The position numbers and the translations under genes were made by a program. The notes under the pieces were generated by a model. The model had not been told where the DNA came from, did no database searches, and saw nothing but the letters and a program-made list of their open reading frames with translations. Of a stretch of DNA of 64,000 nucleotides, positions 9,553-19,561 are shown in pieces (within the stretch, counting starts at the first letter, position 1; the number at the start of each line of letters is the position of its first letter). The stretch is from an uncultured Spirochaetota bacterium (GTDB lineage: Bacteria > Spirochaetota > Spirochaetia > SZUA-6 > Fen-1364). The stretch lies in contig CAVTHO010000008.1 of NCBI GenBank assembly GCA_963734545.1, forward strand, positions 672,001 to 736,000, written 5' to 3'.

Positions 9553-9996
9553 ATGCTGGATACCGATCTCGAAGGCCTCGGGCCGAAGGAAGCTGCCGAG
9601 TACGTCCTGGCGTTCATCACCACGCTGAAGCAGACGGAGAAGGCGCTCGAGGCTGCGCAGGAGGAGTCCAACCTCTGGACGCGCCGGGTCAGCCTGGCCC
9701 AGTCCAGGGGTGATGCGGACCTCGCCGCGCAGGCGATGGCGCGGTTGTCGGACGCCACGGCGAAGCAGTCGAAGCTGGAAGCGGAGCTCGCGGACCTGAA
9801 GTCAAAGGTGTCGGTGCTGAAGGAAAAGCTGACGCGGATCCGCATGGCCGGGGTCAAGCTTGTGGACGCTGACCTGCTCCTGGCGCAGCTGCAGATGGTG
9901 GCCGGCAAGAAGGACGAGCTGGCGCACACGATGAAGCAGGAAGAGGCCGGCGCGGCGCTGGATGAGCTGAAGAAGAAGATGCAGGGACCACAGTGA
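9553..9996 (+). CDS. PspA/IM30-like coiled-coil protein
   Basis: SD GGAGA; coiled coil with WTRRVSLAQSRGDADLAAQA, similar to PspA W..KA.LA...G.EDLA..A; ends LDELKKKM. Confidence 0.65.
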   Translation: MLDTDLEGLGPKEAAEYVLAFITTLKQTEKALEAAQEESNLWTRRVSLAQSRGDADLAAQAMARLSDATAKQSKLEAELADLKSKVSVLKEKLTRIRMAGVKLVDADLLLAQLQMVAGKKDELAHTMKQEEAGAALDELKKKMQGPQ

Positions 9997-10011
9997 GGCC
10001 CGCGAAACCAG

Positions 10012-10632
10012 GTGCATGAAACCACGGTGAACGAGGACCTCCTCGACCGCTACCGGCAGACAGGAGTTCCCGTATACCGCCTCTACGAACCCCCCACCCT
10101 CTGCGCCGTGCTCGGCGCTTCCGGCAAGCCCGCGCAGGACCTCCTGCTGGAACACCTGGAGGCAGACGGGGTGCCGTGGATGAAGAGAAGAGGCGGCGGC
10201 GGCACCGTGATCCTCGGTCCCGGCCAGGTGGTGCTCGCCCTTGTCACCACGGTGGAATCTCCTTTCAGGAACCGCGAGTACGCCGCGGCAATCAATTCGT
10301 GGATCGTCGACTCCCTTGCGCTCCTGGGAGTCAACGGCGTGCATCCCGAGGGGATCTCAGACCTGGCCATCGGAGAAAAGAAGATCGTGGGAACCTCGCT
10401 TTATCGGACCCGGCTGGTTCTCTTCTACCAGGCGAGCCTCCTGGTCTCCAACGATATCTCGGTATTCACGCGCTACCTGGCAATGCCCACCAAGGTTCCT
10501 GAGTACCGTGCGGGCAGGAGCCACGAGGAGTTCTGCACGACCATTGCGCGGGAAGGCTATGCGGTCACCGTGCGGGACGTGATAGGGGCGATGGAGAGTG
10601 TCGTGAGCAAGCGCCTGCCTCTGCTGAGGTAG
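10012..10632 (+). CDS. Lipoate-protein ligase family (BPL/LplA/LipB catalytic domain)
   Basis: RRGGGGTV, SDLAIGEKKIVG motifs. Confidence 0.85.
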   Translation: MHETTVNEDLLDRYRQTGVPVYRLYEPPTLCAVLGASGKPAQDLLLEHLEADGVPWMKRRGGGGTVILGPGQVVLALVTTVESPFRNREYAAAINSWIVDSLALLGVNGVHPEGISDLAIGEKKIVGTSLYRTRLVLFYQASLLVSNDISVFTRYLAMPTKVPEYRAGRSHEEFCTTIAREGYAVTVRDVIGAMESVVSKRLPLLR

Positions 10633-10663
10633 ACATCGAGGAGTCATGTCAGGAGGTGCCGCG

Positions 10664-11269
10664 ATGAGCGATTTCGCTTTGTCTTCGATACCCCGCAGGC
10701 TGCAATGGCGGAACCGTCCATTGGAATGGGACCCGGGGGACGGCGCGAGGCTCACGATCACCGCCTCAGAGCTCACCGACCTGTTCATCGATCCATCGGG
10801 GAGCGGCGCGACCGACAATGTGCCGAGCGCGCTTTTCGCGCCTCCTGATGCGAGCTTTCTGCTGAGCGCCCGCGTCGCGGTGGATTTTGCCACGACATTC
10901 GACGCAGGGGTCCTCCAGCTCAGGGAGAAGGATGATCTGTGGGCAAAGCTCTGCTTCGAGCTTTCCCCGCAGCAGGAGCCCACCGTGGTATCGGTTGTCA
11001 CGCGCGGGACTTCCGATGACTGCAATTCGACCGTCATCGCCGGTCGGGAGGTTTTTCTCCGGATAGCCCATACACCGGAGGCAACGGCGTTTCACTACTC
11101 TCTGGATGGCCGGTTCTGGCGGATGGTCAGGTACTTCAGCCTCGGCAGGTTGAGCTATCCGAAGGTGGGGTTTTCGTCGCAATCGCCCACGGGAAAAAAA
11201 TGTACCGCGGTATTCTCGGATATCACCTACAGGCCCGGTGCGTTGAAGGACCGCAGAAACGGGGAGTGA
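10664..11269 (+). CDS. DUF1349 (concanavalin-like) domain protein
   Basis: TDLFIDP, FDAGVL, WAKLCFE, VSVVTRGTSDD, YSLDG, QSPTG; SD AGGAGG before ATG 10664. Confidence 0.82.
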   Translation: MSDFALSSIPRRLQWRNRPLEWDPGDGARLTITASELTDLFIDPSGSGATDNVPSALFAPPDASFLLSARVAVDFATTFDAGVLQLREKDDLWAKLCFELSPQQEPTVVSVVTRGTSDDCNSTVIAGREVFLRIAHTPEATAFHYSLDGRFWRMVRYFSLGRLSYPKVGFSSQSPTGKKCTAVFSDITYRPGALKDRRNGE

Positions 11270-11341
11270 GGGCGCGCATCTCGCGGTGGCAGAACTCTCG
11301 CAGATGACCCGGTAGTCCCGCTCGCGCGGGTGCCGGCAGGC

Positions 11342-12244
11342 TCACGCGGGAAGAGAGAACCCGTACTCCTTCAGGACCCGCTTGGGAAACTCGAACCGCA
11401 CGGTCTTCAGGGGATCCACCACCTGGCAGAACCTGAGCTGGCCCACCAGGCTCATGAGCATGCCCGCGTCGTTCAGGGGTATTCCCACCGCGTCGGTGAG
11501 GAACGCCGCCATGCGGTGGGTTGCCTGGGAAGCCGCCTCGTCCGCGGTTTTCGCGGCCACGATCGTCGCGACGGACTCTTCATTCTCCACAAAGGGCGTG
11601 GGCAGGCCGGGAATGTCGACGACCTGCGCGACGAACCGGACCGACCCGGCTGTCTCCGCCCCGCAGACAACGATTTCCCCGTCTCCCATTGCCGCGTGAA
11701 GATCGCCGGCGCCGAAAAGCGCCCCCTCCACCCCGACGGTCAGGTAGAGGCGCGCGCCCTGCGCGATCATCGTGCAGTCCATGTTGCCCCCGTGGGGACC
11801 CGGCGTCCCGTTGGGGACCTCTCCGGCTGACGGGGCGACACCGATCACGCCTATCATGGGCTTGCGGGGGAAGCGGAGGTGACGAAACAGTATGTCGTTG
11901 CCTTCCCGTTTCAGGATCGCGGTTTCCATCTTCGTGATCACATCCCCGAGCACGCCTTCCCCGGGAATCGTGACCATGCTCGACTGGTCGCCGATCGTGA
12001 TCTCCCGGAGCTCGACGCGGAGCACATCGCCCGGCTTCGTTCCCTCGATGTACAGGGGGCCTGTTGCCGGGTTCACGTGGCTCCAATCCAGCGTGCTGAT
12101 CAGGTCTTTCTCCGTGCGGATCTGACCCTGGAAGCAGTCATGAGTTTCCAGGAGCACTTCCTCGCCCTGCTTGACGCGCGCAACCGGCCGCCCGGCCGGG
12201 CTGAATGCGAAAAAGACATTCTCTCGCGATATTCGGGTGGCCAT
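11342..12244 (-). CDS. Acetamidase/formamidase family protein
   Basis: NPATGP, HGGNMD, GDLHAAMGDGE motifs; SD AGGAGG. Confidence 0.92.
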   Translation of the reverse strand: MATRISRENVFFAFSPAGRPVARVKQGEEVLLETHDCFQGQIRTEKDLISTLDWSHVNPATGPLYIEGTKPGDVLRVELREITIGDQSSMVTIPGEGVLGDVITKMETAILKREGNDILFRHLRFPRKPMIGVIGVAPSAGEVPNGTPGPHGGNMDCTMIAQGARLYLTVGVEGALFGAGDLHAAMGDGEIVVCGAETAGSVRFVAQVVDIPGLPTPFVENEESVATIVAAKTADEAASQATHRMAAFLTDAVGIPLNDAGMLMSLVGQLRFCQVVDPLKTVRFEFPKRVLKEYGFSLPA

Positions 12245-12256
12245 GATGCCCCTCCT

Positions 12257-12302
12257 CGCCGCCGTATTCGGCGGATTCTGCGCCGCCGTTCGGCGGATTC
12301 TG
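12257..12302. repeat. Tandem pair of small GC hairpins (24 + 22 bp)
   Basis: CGCCGCCGTATTCGGCGGATTCTG followed by CGCCGCCGTTCGGCGGATTCTG; each has a CCGCCG/CGGCGG stem. Confidence 0.8.
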
Positions 12303-12308
12303 CTTCTC

Positions 12309-13605
12309 TTACGCGGGCATGCCCGTCAATCCTGCCGCAGAGTTCAGCACGGCCCACATTCTGCGGTAGGCGGGATCCAGGAACGCGAGATCGGTCCGGG
12401 AGCGAAGACGCGCGATCCAGGCGTCCGTTTCCTCCATGGCCCGCTGAAAACAGTGAGCCATGAAATCCCGCTTTTCCCGGTCGGTGCCCCGGCGCACCGA
12501 TTCGGCTTCGACCAGGAACCCGGCCTCCAGGCGGTCGAAATCCGAGCGGATCTCCGGAACAAGCACGTCGAAATCGGCCATCGCGCGGCGGTGCAGAAGC
12601 TCGTGCTTCCACCAGAGGGATCGCGGGTCGAAATGCTCGGTGGGAACGGGTCCGATCTCCGGGAGGTCCATGCGCGGGAAAACCGGTTTGAAAATGGAGA
12701 GGCAGTTGCCCGACGTGCCGGTGGCCCACACGAGGATGTCCTCCCCGCGCGCGTCCGCGACCATTGCTCCGTCCGCCTGCCACCATCGGTCCTTCTGGGG
12801 ACCGGCGTGCATGCAGGTATTGGCGTGCACCGGCGCGGTGGCCGGATGATAACCCGCCCCATGCTGTCTCATCAGATCGAACATCGTGCGCGTGGTGATG
12901 CTGCCCTTCTTGTCCGCGAGCCCGTTGAACGTGATGCGCTGGCGCTCGGGCGCGCCGAGGGTCGGCGGCACCTCGGGGAGTCCGTAGGCCTGCGCCCAGT
13001 CCAGGGGCCCTCCGCTTCGCGCTGCGGAACACTGGTCCCAGTCAGCACGAATGCCGAGCATGTTGGAGATCGAGCCGATGCCGTCGATCCGGCGCACCGC
13101 CCATTTCCGGCCGGCGGTCTCCAGGACATATGCCTCCGACGTGTCCGACATGAGGAAGCTGCTGTCGAAATGAGAATTGCCCTTCAGCTCCGCGCTGCCC
13201 CCCTGGCCGTAGGTTTCAAGGAGATCCGTCATGACGGCGATTGCCTCGCGGCAGGTGCGGGCACGTTCCAGGCCGATGCGCATGAGGTCAGGGCCGATGA
13301 TCCCGTCCCGCTCTTCCGCCATCTCCGTGGTGAACACGGCCTCTTCTCCCATGCACAGGCCGAACTCGTTCACGCCGAGCTCACAACCGTATGTCCAGAA
13401 GGCCTTGGTGAGGATCAGGTCGAAGGTCTCCTCCGCCTGGGGGATGACGAGATGGGTCAACCGGACGGTCTCTCCCGGGACGTGCCGCGCGCGGGGTATG
13501 CGGACAAGGGCGTTTGCTTCGTTCACCTCGCAATCGGCGCTCTTTGCGAACAGCACTGCCGCCGGAACCGGTCGCCGTCCCGAGGGCCACGAAGGTATCA
13601 CACAT
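12309..13605 (-). CDS. Peptidase C69 family (secernin/dipeptidase, Ntn hydrolase); frameshift near 13575
   Basis: N-terminal MCDTFVA nucleophile Cys, FAKSAD, GCELGVNEFG, DLMRIGLERA, TCMHAG, SIFKP. Confidence 0.88.
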
Positions 13606-14663
13606 CCTTTGCCGGCGTCTCTCTCTTCCCGCGGAGACCGAAGAGTCCCAGCGGCCAGCGCAGCTCCCGACCGCCCATGATGCCTGCCGGGCGCAGGATG
13701 AGGATGACGATCAGCAGAACTGCCATGACGATCTCGGTGAATCCCACCAGCCCGAAGGGAAGGATCTTCGACATGTTCACATTGTTCTCAATCGACCTCA
13801 ATCCTTCCCGCAGCAGCGTAACCAGCACTGTGCCGATCACCGCGCCCGAGATGCCGTTCGGGCCTCCGATCACGAGCATGGAGAGGAATACGAACATGGC
13901 GGAGAGATAGAATGCATACGGGGAGAACGAGGTGATGAAGTGGGCCCACAGGGCGCCGGCGAAATCCGGCCATGAAAGCGCTCAGTACAAAGGCAAAATA
14001 GCGCATCATGACGATGTTGATGCCGATGGAAGCGGCCGCGAACGCGTCGTCCCGGGAGGCGCGCAGCTTGAGGCCGACGGATGACTCCTTGAACCACCAG
14101 GCAACCGCCAGGAAGACAATGGCGAAGACCGTCGCCGTCCCCAGGTAGGTGAAACGGTCCACGCCGAAGAGAGTGCGCGGCCCGTTGGTGAGGGACGACC
14201 AGTGGACCAGCACCACGTTGATGATCACCAGGAGCGAGAAAATAGTGATGACCCCTGCCGCATCGGAGAGCCGCATGAGCGGATAGGCCACGACGGCAGC
14301 CACCAGTGCGGCGATCAAGCCCCCGATCAGGACTGAGACGACGAACGGAAGCTGGATCTGGGTGAGGAAAGGGTAGAGGTCCGGCAGGGCCGCCGCCTTG
14401 GCGGCCGGCGTCATTGAAAAGAGCACCGAGCCGTACGCGCCGATGCCCATGAATCCTGCCACGGCAAAGGAGAGGATCCCGGAATTGCCCATGAACACCT
14501 GCAGGGCCAGCACGAGGATCACGTCGACGAAAAGGACCGTGATGATGCGCTCGATCAGCGTGTCACCGATCAGGAACGTGACCGCGGAGATCAGGAGGAG
14601 CGGCACGGTCAGGACGAAGAATGTGGAGTTGCGGGAGAACCATGGGGACGGCTTCATGCGCAT
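13598..14663 (-). CDS. livM: Branched-chain amino acid-type ABC permease (LivM-like); frameshift near 13965
   Basis: GILSFA..GFMGIGAY, LRASRDD..AA.SIGI, VIGG..., RPAGIMG. Confidence 0.88.
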
Positions 14664-15553
14664 TACACCCTTCCCGAGGAGTTCACGCCCCGGATCAGGC
14701 CTTCCGGGCGGAAGAGCAGGATCAGGATCACGACGATGAACATGAATGCCTCGCGGAACTCGAGCATTCCCTCCGGGAGGAGCACGCCTATCAGGCTGAA
14801 CACGATGCCGTAGATGTACCCTCCCACCACGGCGCCCAGCAGGCTGCGCATTCCCCCGATCACGGTTGCCACGAAGGCCACCAGCAGGGGGGCCGCGCCG
14901 ATGGTCGGCGTGACGGAGGCCGTACGGCCCACCCAGAAGAGCGCCACCACGCCGGCCAGAAGGCCGCTGATGGCAAACGCCGCCGATATCACGAGGTTTG
15001 CCGGCACCCCGAGCATGCGGGTCATGCGGAAATTGTCCGAGGCGGCGCGGAGGGCGATGCCCAGCACCGTCTTGCGGAGAAGCAGGACCAGCAGACCCAG
15101 AAGGAGGAGACTGGTCACGATGGCCAGGAGGTTTCGGATCGGCACCGACTGGCCCAGCACCAGCGCGCTCTCGCTGAAGGCCTTCGGCAGCGGCACGCCC
15201 CTGGCGCGCGGCGAGATGAGGAGAAGGGTCGCGTTCTGCAGCAGCGTGCTCACCGCGAACGAGGTGATCAGCACGGCGGTGAGGGAGTTCGACCGCACCG
15301 GCCGGAAGGCCACCCGCTCGGTCAGGTAGCTGGTGAGCACCGCCACCCCGACGGCCAGTATGGCCATCACGATCCAGGGCAGCTGCGGCCCAAGGGCGAG
15401 CACGAATAACGAGTAGCCGGCGATCATGATCAGCTCGCCGTACGCGAAGTTCACCAGCTTGAGGATGCCGTACACGATCACCATGCCCAGCGCGAGAAGG
15501 GCATACGTGCTGCCGAGGCTGATCGCGTTGATGAGGAAATCCAGCGTGATCAT
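14663..15553 (-). CDS. livH: Branched-chain amino acid-type ABC permease (LivH-like)
   Basis: YALLALG..IVYGILKLVNFAYGE, GIALRA, VIGG, FRPEGL. Confidence 0.92.
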   Translation of the reverse strand: MITLDFLINAISLGSTYALLALGMVIVYGILKLVNFAYGELIMIAGYSLFVLALGPQLPWIVMAILAVGVAVLTSYLTERVAFRPVRSNSLTAVLITSFAVSTLLQNATLLLISPRARGVPLPKAFSESALVLGQSVPIRNLLAIVTSLLLLGLLVLLLRKTVLGIALRAASDNFRMTRMLGVPANLVISAAFAISGLLAGVVALFWVGRTASVTPTIGAAPLLVAFVATVIGGMRSLLGAVVGGYIYGIVFSLIGVLLPEGMLEFREAFMFIVVILILLFRPEGLIRGVNSSGRV

Positions 15554-16276
15554 TTCGCTTCCCTCCGGTCGCCGAGATAGACCCCTTCCACGTTGCCGAA
15601 CTCCCGGATGTGGGCAGGAGTGCCCTCGACCTCGACCTGGCCCGTGTGCAGCAGGTACGCCCTGTCGACGATGGCGAGCGTGCGTTCGACATTCTGCTCC
15701 ACGAGCAGGATGGTCACGCCTCGCCGATGCAGCCTGTCGATCAGCTCGAAGATCTGGTCCACCAGCACCGGAGAAAGCCCCAGGGAAGGCTCGTCCAGCA
15801 TGAGGAGCCGGGGATGAGACATCAGGGCCCGGGCCACCGCGAGCTGCTGCTGCTCACCGCCGGAGAGGGTCCCCCCTGCCTGGCGGAGGCGTTCGCCGAG
15901 GATGGGAAAAAGGTCGACCATCTCCGCGACGTCGCGCTGAAACTCGGCGCGGTTCCTGCGGACAAAAGCCCCCAGGCGCAGGTTCTCCGCCACGGTGAGA
16001 CTGGGGAATATGTCGCGCCCCTCCGGCACCAGGGCGATTCCTTTGCGCGTGATGTACTCCGGCGACCGGCCCTGGAGCTGTTCCCCCTGGAAGGTGATGC
16101 TGCCCTGGTGCGGCTTCAGCCCGCCGGCGATCGTCGTCGAGCGTCGTGCTCTTGCCGGCCCCGTTCACGCCGATCAGCGCAACCAGCTCGCCCTCCGTGA
16201 CGGAGAGGGAAACGCCGCGCAGCGCGGTGATTGCCCCGTAGCGGACGAAGATGTTGTCGACATTCAGGACACTCAC
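15550..16276 (-). CDS. livF: ABC ATP-binding protein (LivF-like); frameshift near 16140
   Basis: GVNGAGKST, PEGR.IF, LSGGEQQ, LDEPSLGL, VEQN. Confidence 0.92.
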
Positions 16277-17013
16277 GTCTTTGATACCGCCGTGGATCCC
16301 AGGTAGGCTTCGACCACTGCCGGAATGGCCCTCACCTGTTCCGGCGTTCCCTCCCCGATGGTCCTCCCATAGCTCAGCACGTGCAGGCGATGACAGAGGC
16401 GCATGATCATGCGCATGTCGTGCTCCACGATCAGCATGCCCAGGCCCTTCTGGCCCGGGATCGGCGCCAGGATCCCGAGCAGCTCGTCGCTTTCATCCTC
16501 GTTCAGGCCCGCGGCCGGCTCGTCCAGAAGCAGGAACCTGGGCTCCATGGCGAGCGCGCGCGCAACCTCGACCCGCCGCTCCAGGCCGTAGGGCAGGGCC
16601 CCCGCCCTGTGCTCCGCCCAGTCCGAGAGCACCAGCTCTTCCAGCACGATCTCCGCGCGGCGCAGAGCCGCGGCCCGGGTGAGACCCATGCTGACCGCCG
16701 CAACCTGCACGTTCTCGATCACCGTCAGCTCGCGAAAGAGCCGTATGGTCTGGAACGTGCGGGCGATGCCGTGCCGCGCGATGAGGTAGGCGGGCTTGTT
16801 CGTGATGTCGGTGCCTTCGACGGAGACGCGGCCCCCCGTGGCCGGCAGGAGCCCGGTGATAACGTTGATCAATGTGGTTTTCCCGGAGCCATTCGGACCG
16901 ATCAACCCGAGGATCTCCCCCTCCGCGAGCGTGAGACTCACGTCGTTCACGGCGCGCAGCCCGGCGAAATCCTTGGTGATGCCTTTCACGACCAGCTCAC
17001 GCGTTCGTTCCAT
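16273..17013 (-). CDS. livG: ABC ATP-binding protein (LivG-like)
   Basis: GPNGSGKTT, ARTFQ, LPYG, LDEPAAGLN, VEHDM, AYLG. Confidence 0.93.
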   Translation of the reverse strand: MERTRELVVKGITKDFAGLRAVNDVSLTLAEGEILGLIGPNGSGKTTLINVITGLLPATGGRVSVEGTDITNKPAYLIARHGIARTFQTIRLFRELTVIENVQVAAVSMGLTRAAALRRAEIVLEELVLSDWAEHRAGALPYGLERRVEVARALAMEPRFLLLDEPAAGLNEDESDELLGILAPIPGQKGLGMLIVEHDMRMIMRLCHRLHVLSYGRTIGEGTPEQVRAIPAVVEAYLGSTAVSKT

Positions 17014-17053
17014 GGTATAGATTTCTCCGCACAAGTCGGGAAGGCGCGCAATG

Positions 17054-17084
17054 CGGAGAGAGGGGCGGAAAGCCCCTCTCTCCG
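17054..17084. terminator. Strong intra-operon stem-loop after the substrate-binding protein gene
   Basis: Perfect 13-bp stem CGGAGAGAGGGGC / GCCCCTCTCTCCG, 5-nt loop; typical partial terminator or mRNA stabiliser. Confidence 0.7.
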
Positions 17085-17126
17085 TGAATGCCCGCCGACG
17101 TACCCGACGGATTTTTCAGCGACTCC

Positions 17127-18308
17127 CTATGGCGCCGGAATGTCCGTGGGCCGGACCCACCCGAGGAACTTGGGCACGCTCTTTTCGAGCTGCACAAGCG
17201 GGGCCTCGATGTCGGGTTCGTGGCCCTTGTCGGTGCCTGACCACTTGAGCTTGCCGGTGAGCAGGGAGAACTCGGTCGTTTCCATGACCTTTGCCATGGC
17301 CGCGCCGTCCGTCGATTTAGCCTTCTCCATGGCCTGGGCCATGATCATCACGACGTCCCAGCCGGTTGCCACCCATACCGCATCAGGCTCGGTGTTGTAC
17401 TTGGCCTTGTAGATATTCAGGAAGTTTTCCATGTCCGGGGTGACCCCGGGCGCGAGGAAGCTGTGCGTATCGAAGTAGATGTCGCTCCCGTACTTCTCTC
17501 CGAGCGCCTTGAACAGGCCCGGGTCGTCATACGAGTCCCCGCCGACGATGGGCACCGAGATGCCCGCCTCGCGGATGGAGCGGATGATCGTGCCCAGGTC
17601 AGGCATGTAAGAGGATATGAAGATAAAATCGAACTTCTTTGACGCCTTGATCCGGGCGAGCTGCGCCGAGAAATCCTGCGCCCCCTGCACGTAGGTGTCC
17701 TCGAAGAGGATCTTGCCGCCCTGCTTCTCGAAGTGCTGGATGAAATAGCGGCTCAACGACTTCGTATAGTCGATGAAAGTATCCGTCACCACGTAACCGG
17801 TCTTCCATCCCTTCTTCCAGGCGAACTCCGCCGTTGCGGCGCCCATGGTGGTGTTCCACATGGACATCGTGAACTGCTTGTCCCCAAGGGTCTTGGACCC
17901 GTACAGGGGGGACGAGGCAGCCGGGGAAATGCCGACGATGCCGGCCTTCTGCGCCTCGCGGCTCGCGGGGCCGCCGAAATCGAAGTCGCTGGGTGCGATG
18001 ATGGCCTTGGCGCCCTTCTTGATCAGCTCCACCGCGACGTTGCCCACGGTGACCGGGTCGCTCTTGCCGTCGAGGTTCACGAACTCGACCTTGCGGCCCA
18101 GGATACCGCCCTTCTTGTTCAGCTCGTCCACCGCGAGCTGTGCCCCCCGTACGGCCGGCTCATCCAGCGGTGCCTGGATGCCGGTCAGGCAGAGGGCGCC
18201 TCCGATCATTATCGTCTGTGAGCTCTTTGCCGGGCCGCACGCGACAAGGGCCAGGCTCAGGATCACGGTAAGGCCGATCAGGATCGACCACTTGAAAGTT
18301 CGCGACAT
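17127..18308 (-). CDS. ABC substrate-binding lipoprotein (LivJ/LivK-like, PBP type 1)
   Basis: Lipobox LVAC, GAQLAVDELNKKGGILGR, DFSAQLARIK; SD GGAGGA. Confidence 0.92.
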   Translation of the reverse strand: MSRTFKWSILIGLTVILSLALVACGPAKSSQTIMIGGALCLTGIQAPLDEPAVRGAQLAVDELNKKGGILGRKVEFVNLDGKSDPVTVGNVAVELIKKGAKAIIAPSDFDFGGPASREAQKAGIVGISPAASSPLYGSKTLGDKQFTMSMWNTTMGAATAEFAWKKGWKTGYVVTDTFIDYTKSLSRYFIQHFEKQGGKILFEDTYVQGAQDFSAQLARIKASKKFDFIFISSYMPDLGTIIRSIREAGISVPIVGGDSYDDPGLFKALGEKYGSDIYFDTHSFLAPGVTPDMENFLNIYKAKYNTEPDAVWVATGWDVVMIMAQAMEKAKSTDGAAMAKVMETTEFSLLTGKLKWSGTDKGHEPDIEAPLVQLEKSVPKFLGWVRPTDIPAP

Positions 18309-18412
18309 TGGATCCTCCTTTGAATGAAGAGACATATTCGAGGATTAAAGGAGAAATGAGGCTCCGCGTCAATGCCCGACGGAGATTGCCGGTTTCGATC
18401 GTCGTCCCGCGG

Positions 18413-19417
18413 CTACAAAACCCAGCGGATATTCAGGGAGGCATCGAGAGCATCGAAAGACACGCCCGCGCCGTTCTTGCTCGTCTGGGACACCAGACCC
18501 GGTGTCTGTCCGACACCGGTCACGACAATATACGTGTCCCCGATGAGCCCCGCGATATGGCGATAGGAGACATCCAGTGAGAGCCCGACCTTCGCGCCCA
18601 CCTGCCATTCCAGTGACACTTTCGGCTCCAGGAGATAGCCTCCCCACATGTTCTCATAGAAGTCTGTTTCTGCCAGCAGGTGGTTATCCACGTCGTTGCA
18701 GAACACCATGGGAGAGGCTGCAAAGGAAACGAAGATCTTGAAGTCTTTGCCCGCATTGAACCTCGCTGCGACGCCTGCCGCGGGAATGAACCAGGTCTGC
18801 TCATAAATGATTCCCGTGCCCGAAATAGGCACCTTCGGTCGGGTCGATGCGGGAGGGTACGGTTGCGGCGCCGGTCCGGGGAACCAGCCCGGCGGATACT
18901 GGAAATAGCCGTCGCGCGCGGTCCACTTGAAATCCATGAAATTGAAGGCGAGGAAAGGCTCCAGGCTCATCCAGCTCGAAACTGGAAAATCCCAGCCGGC
19001 CTTTGCGTCCAGCAGAATTGCCCGTTCCGTGAAACAATCATGCTCCGAGTAGTTCGTCTTCACCGGGTCGCCGTTGAGGTCATAGTTCAGCCAGTCCGAG
19101 TCTCCGATCGAGCCGGATTTCGCCGGGACTCCCAACCGTGCCTCCAGGGAGGTGACGAATCCGGTCGACGTGCTCAAGGCGAGCGCGGCCTTGGTGTAGA
19201 AAAGCGGCTTGATGTCCCAATCGAGCTGGCTGAGGATGTACGTTTTGCCGTTGAAGGCGCTGGTGTTATACACGATCTCCCTTGCCAGGCCGTACATGAC
19301 GCCGGTGCCCGCAGAGGCGGTAAGCGTGAAGTCGTCGGCAAATCCGGGAGCCGCGGCCAGCGCGGCAAGAGTCAGGAGAGCAGGGAAGAAACCCGTCCGG
19401 TGGTGACGCGCGCGCAT
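18413..19417 (-). CDS. Omptin-family outer membrane protease
   Basis: Signal peptide; LSQLDW, GDSDW (catalytic DxD), NYSEH, DVDNH (catalytic DxH); beta-barrel-like alternation. Confidence 0.85.
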   Translation of the reverse strand: MRARHHRTGFFPALLTLAALAAAPGFADDFTLTASAGTGVMYGLAREIVYNTSAFNGKTYILSQLDWDIKPLFYTKAALALSTSTGFVTSLEARLGVPAKSGSIGDSDWLNYDLNGDPVKTNYSEHDCFTERAILLDAKAGWDFPVSSWMSLEPFLAFNFMDFKWTARDGYFQYPPGWFPGPAPQPYPPASTRPKVPISGTGIIYEQTWFIPAAGVAARFNAGKDFKIFVSFAASPMVFCNDVDNHLLAETDFYENMWGGYLLEPKVSLEWQVGAKVGLSLDVSYRHIAGLIGDTYIVVTGVGQTPGLVSQTSKNGAGVSFDALDASLNIRWVL

Positions 19418-19507
19418 GAATGCCCCTTCCAGATAGCTTAGTCAATTCCAGGCCCGGCATCAATCTCGACCGGCCGCCCGGGCTGCCAGGCCTCACCGCC
19501 GCGCAAA

Positions 19508-19536
19508 TTGACGCCGAACCGGATGTGCTCTACCCT
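19508..19536 (+). promoter_or_regulatory. Putative sigma70 promoter of the phosphotriesterase-like gene
   Basis: TTGACG, 17 nt, TACCCT; SD AAGGAG before TTG 19562. Confidence 0.5.
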
Positions 19537-19561
19537 GGATGAGCGGGCAAGGAGACATCAA

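Noticed and set aside
8572-9996. 474-aa TauE-PspA fusion ORF
   Set aside because: Artefact of the TauE frameshift; TauE ends at 9520 and the coiled-coil gene has its own SD and ATG at 9553
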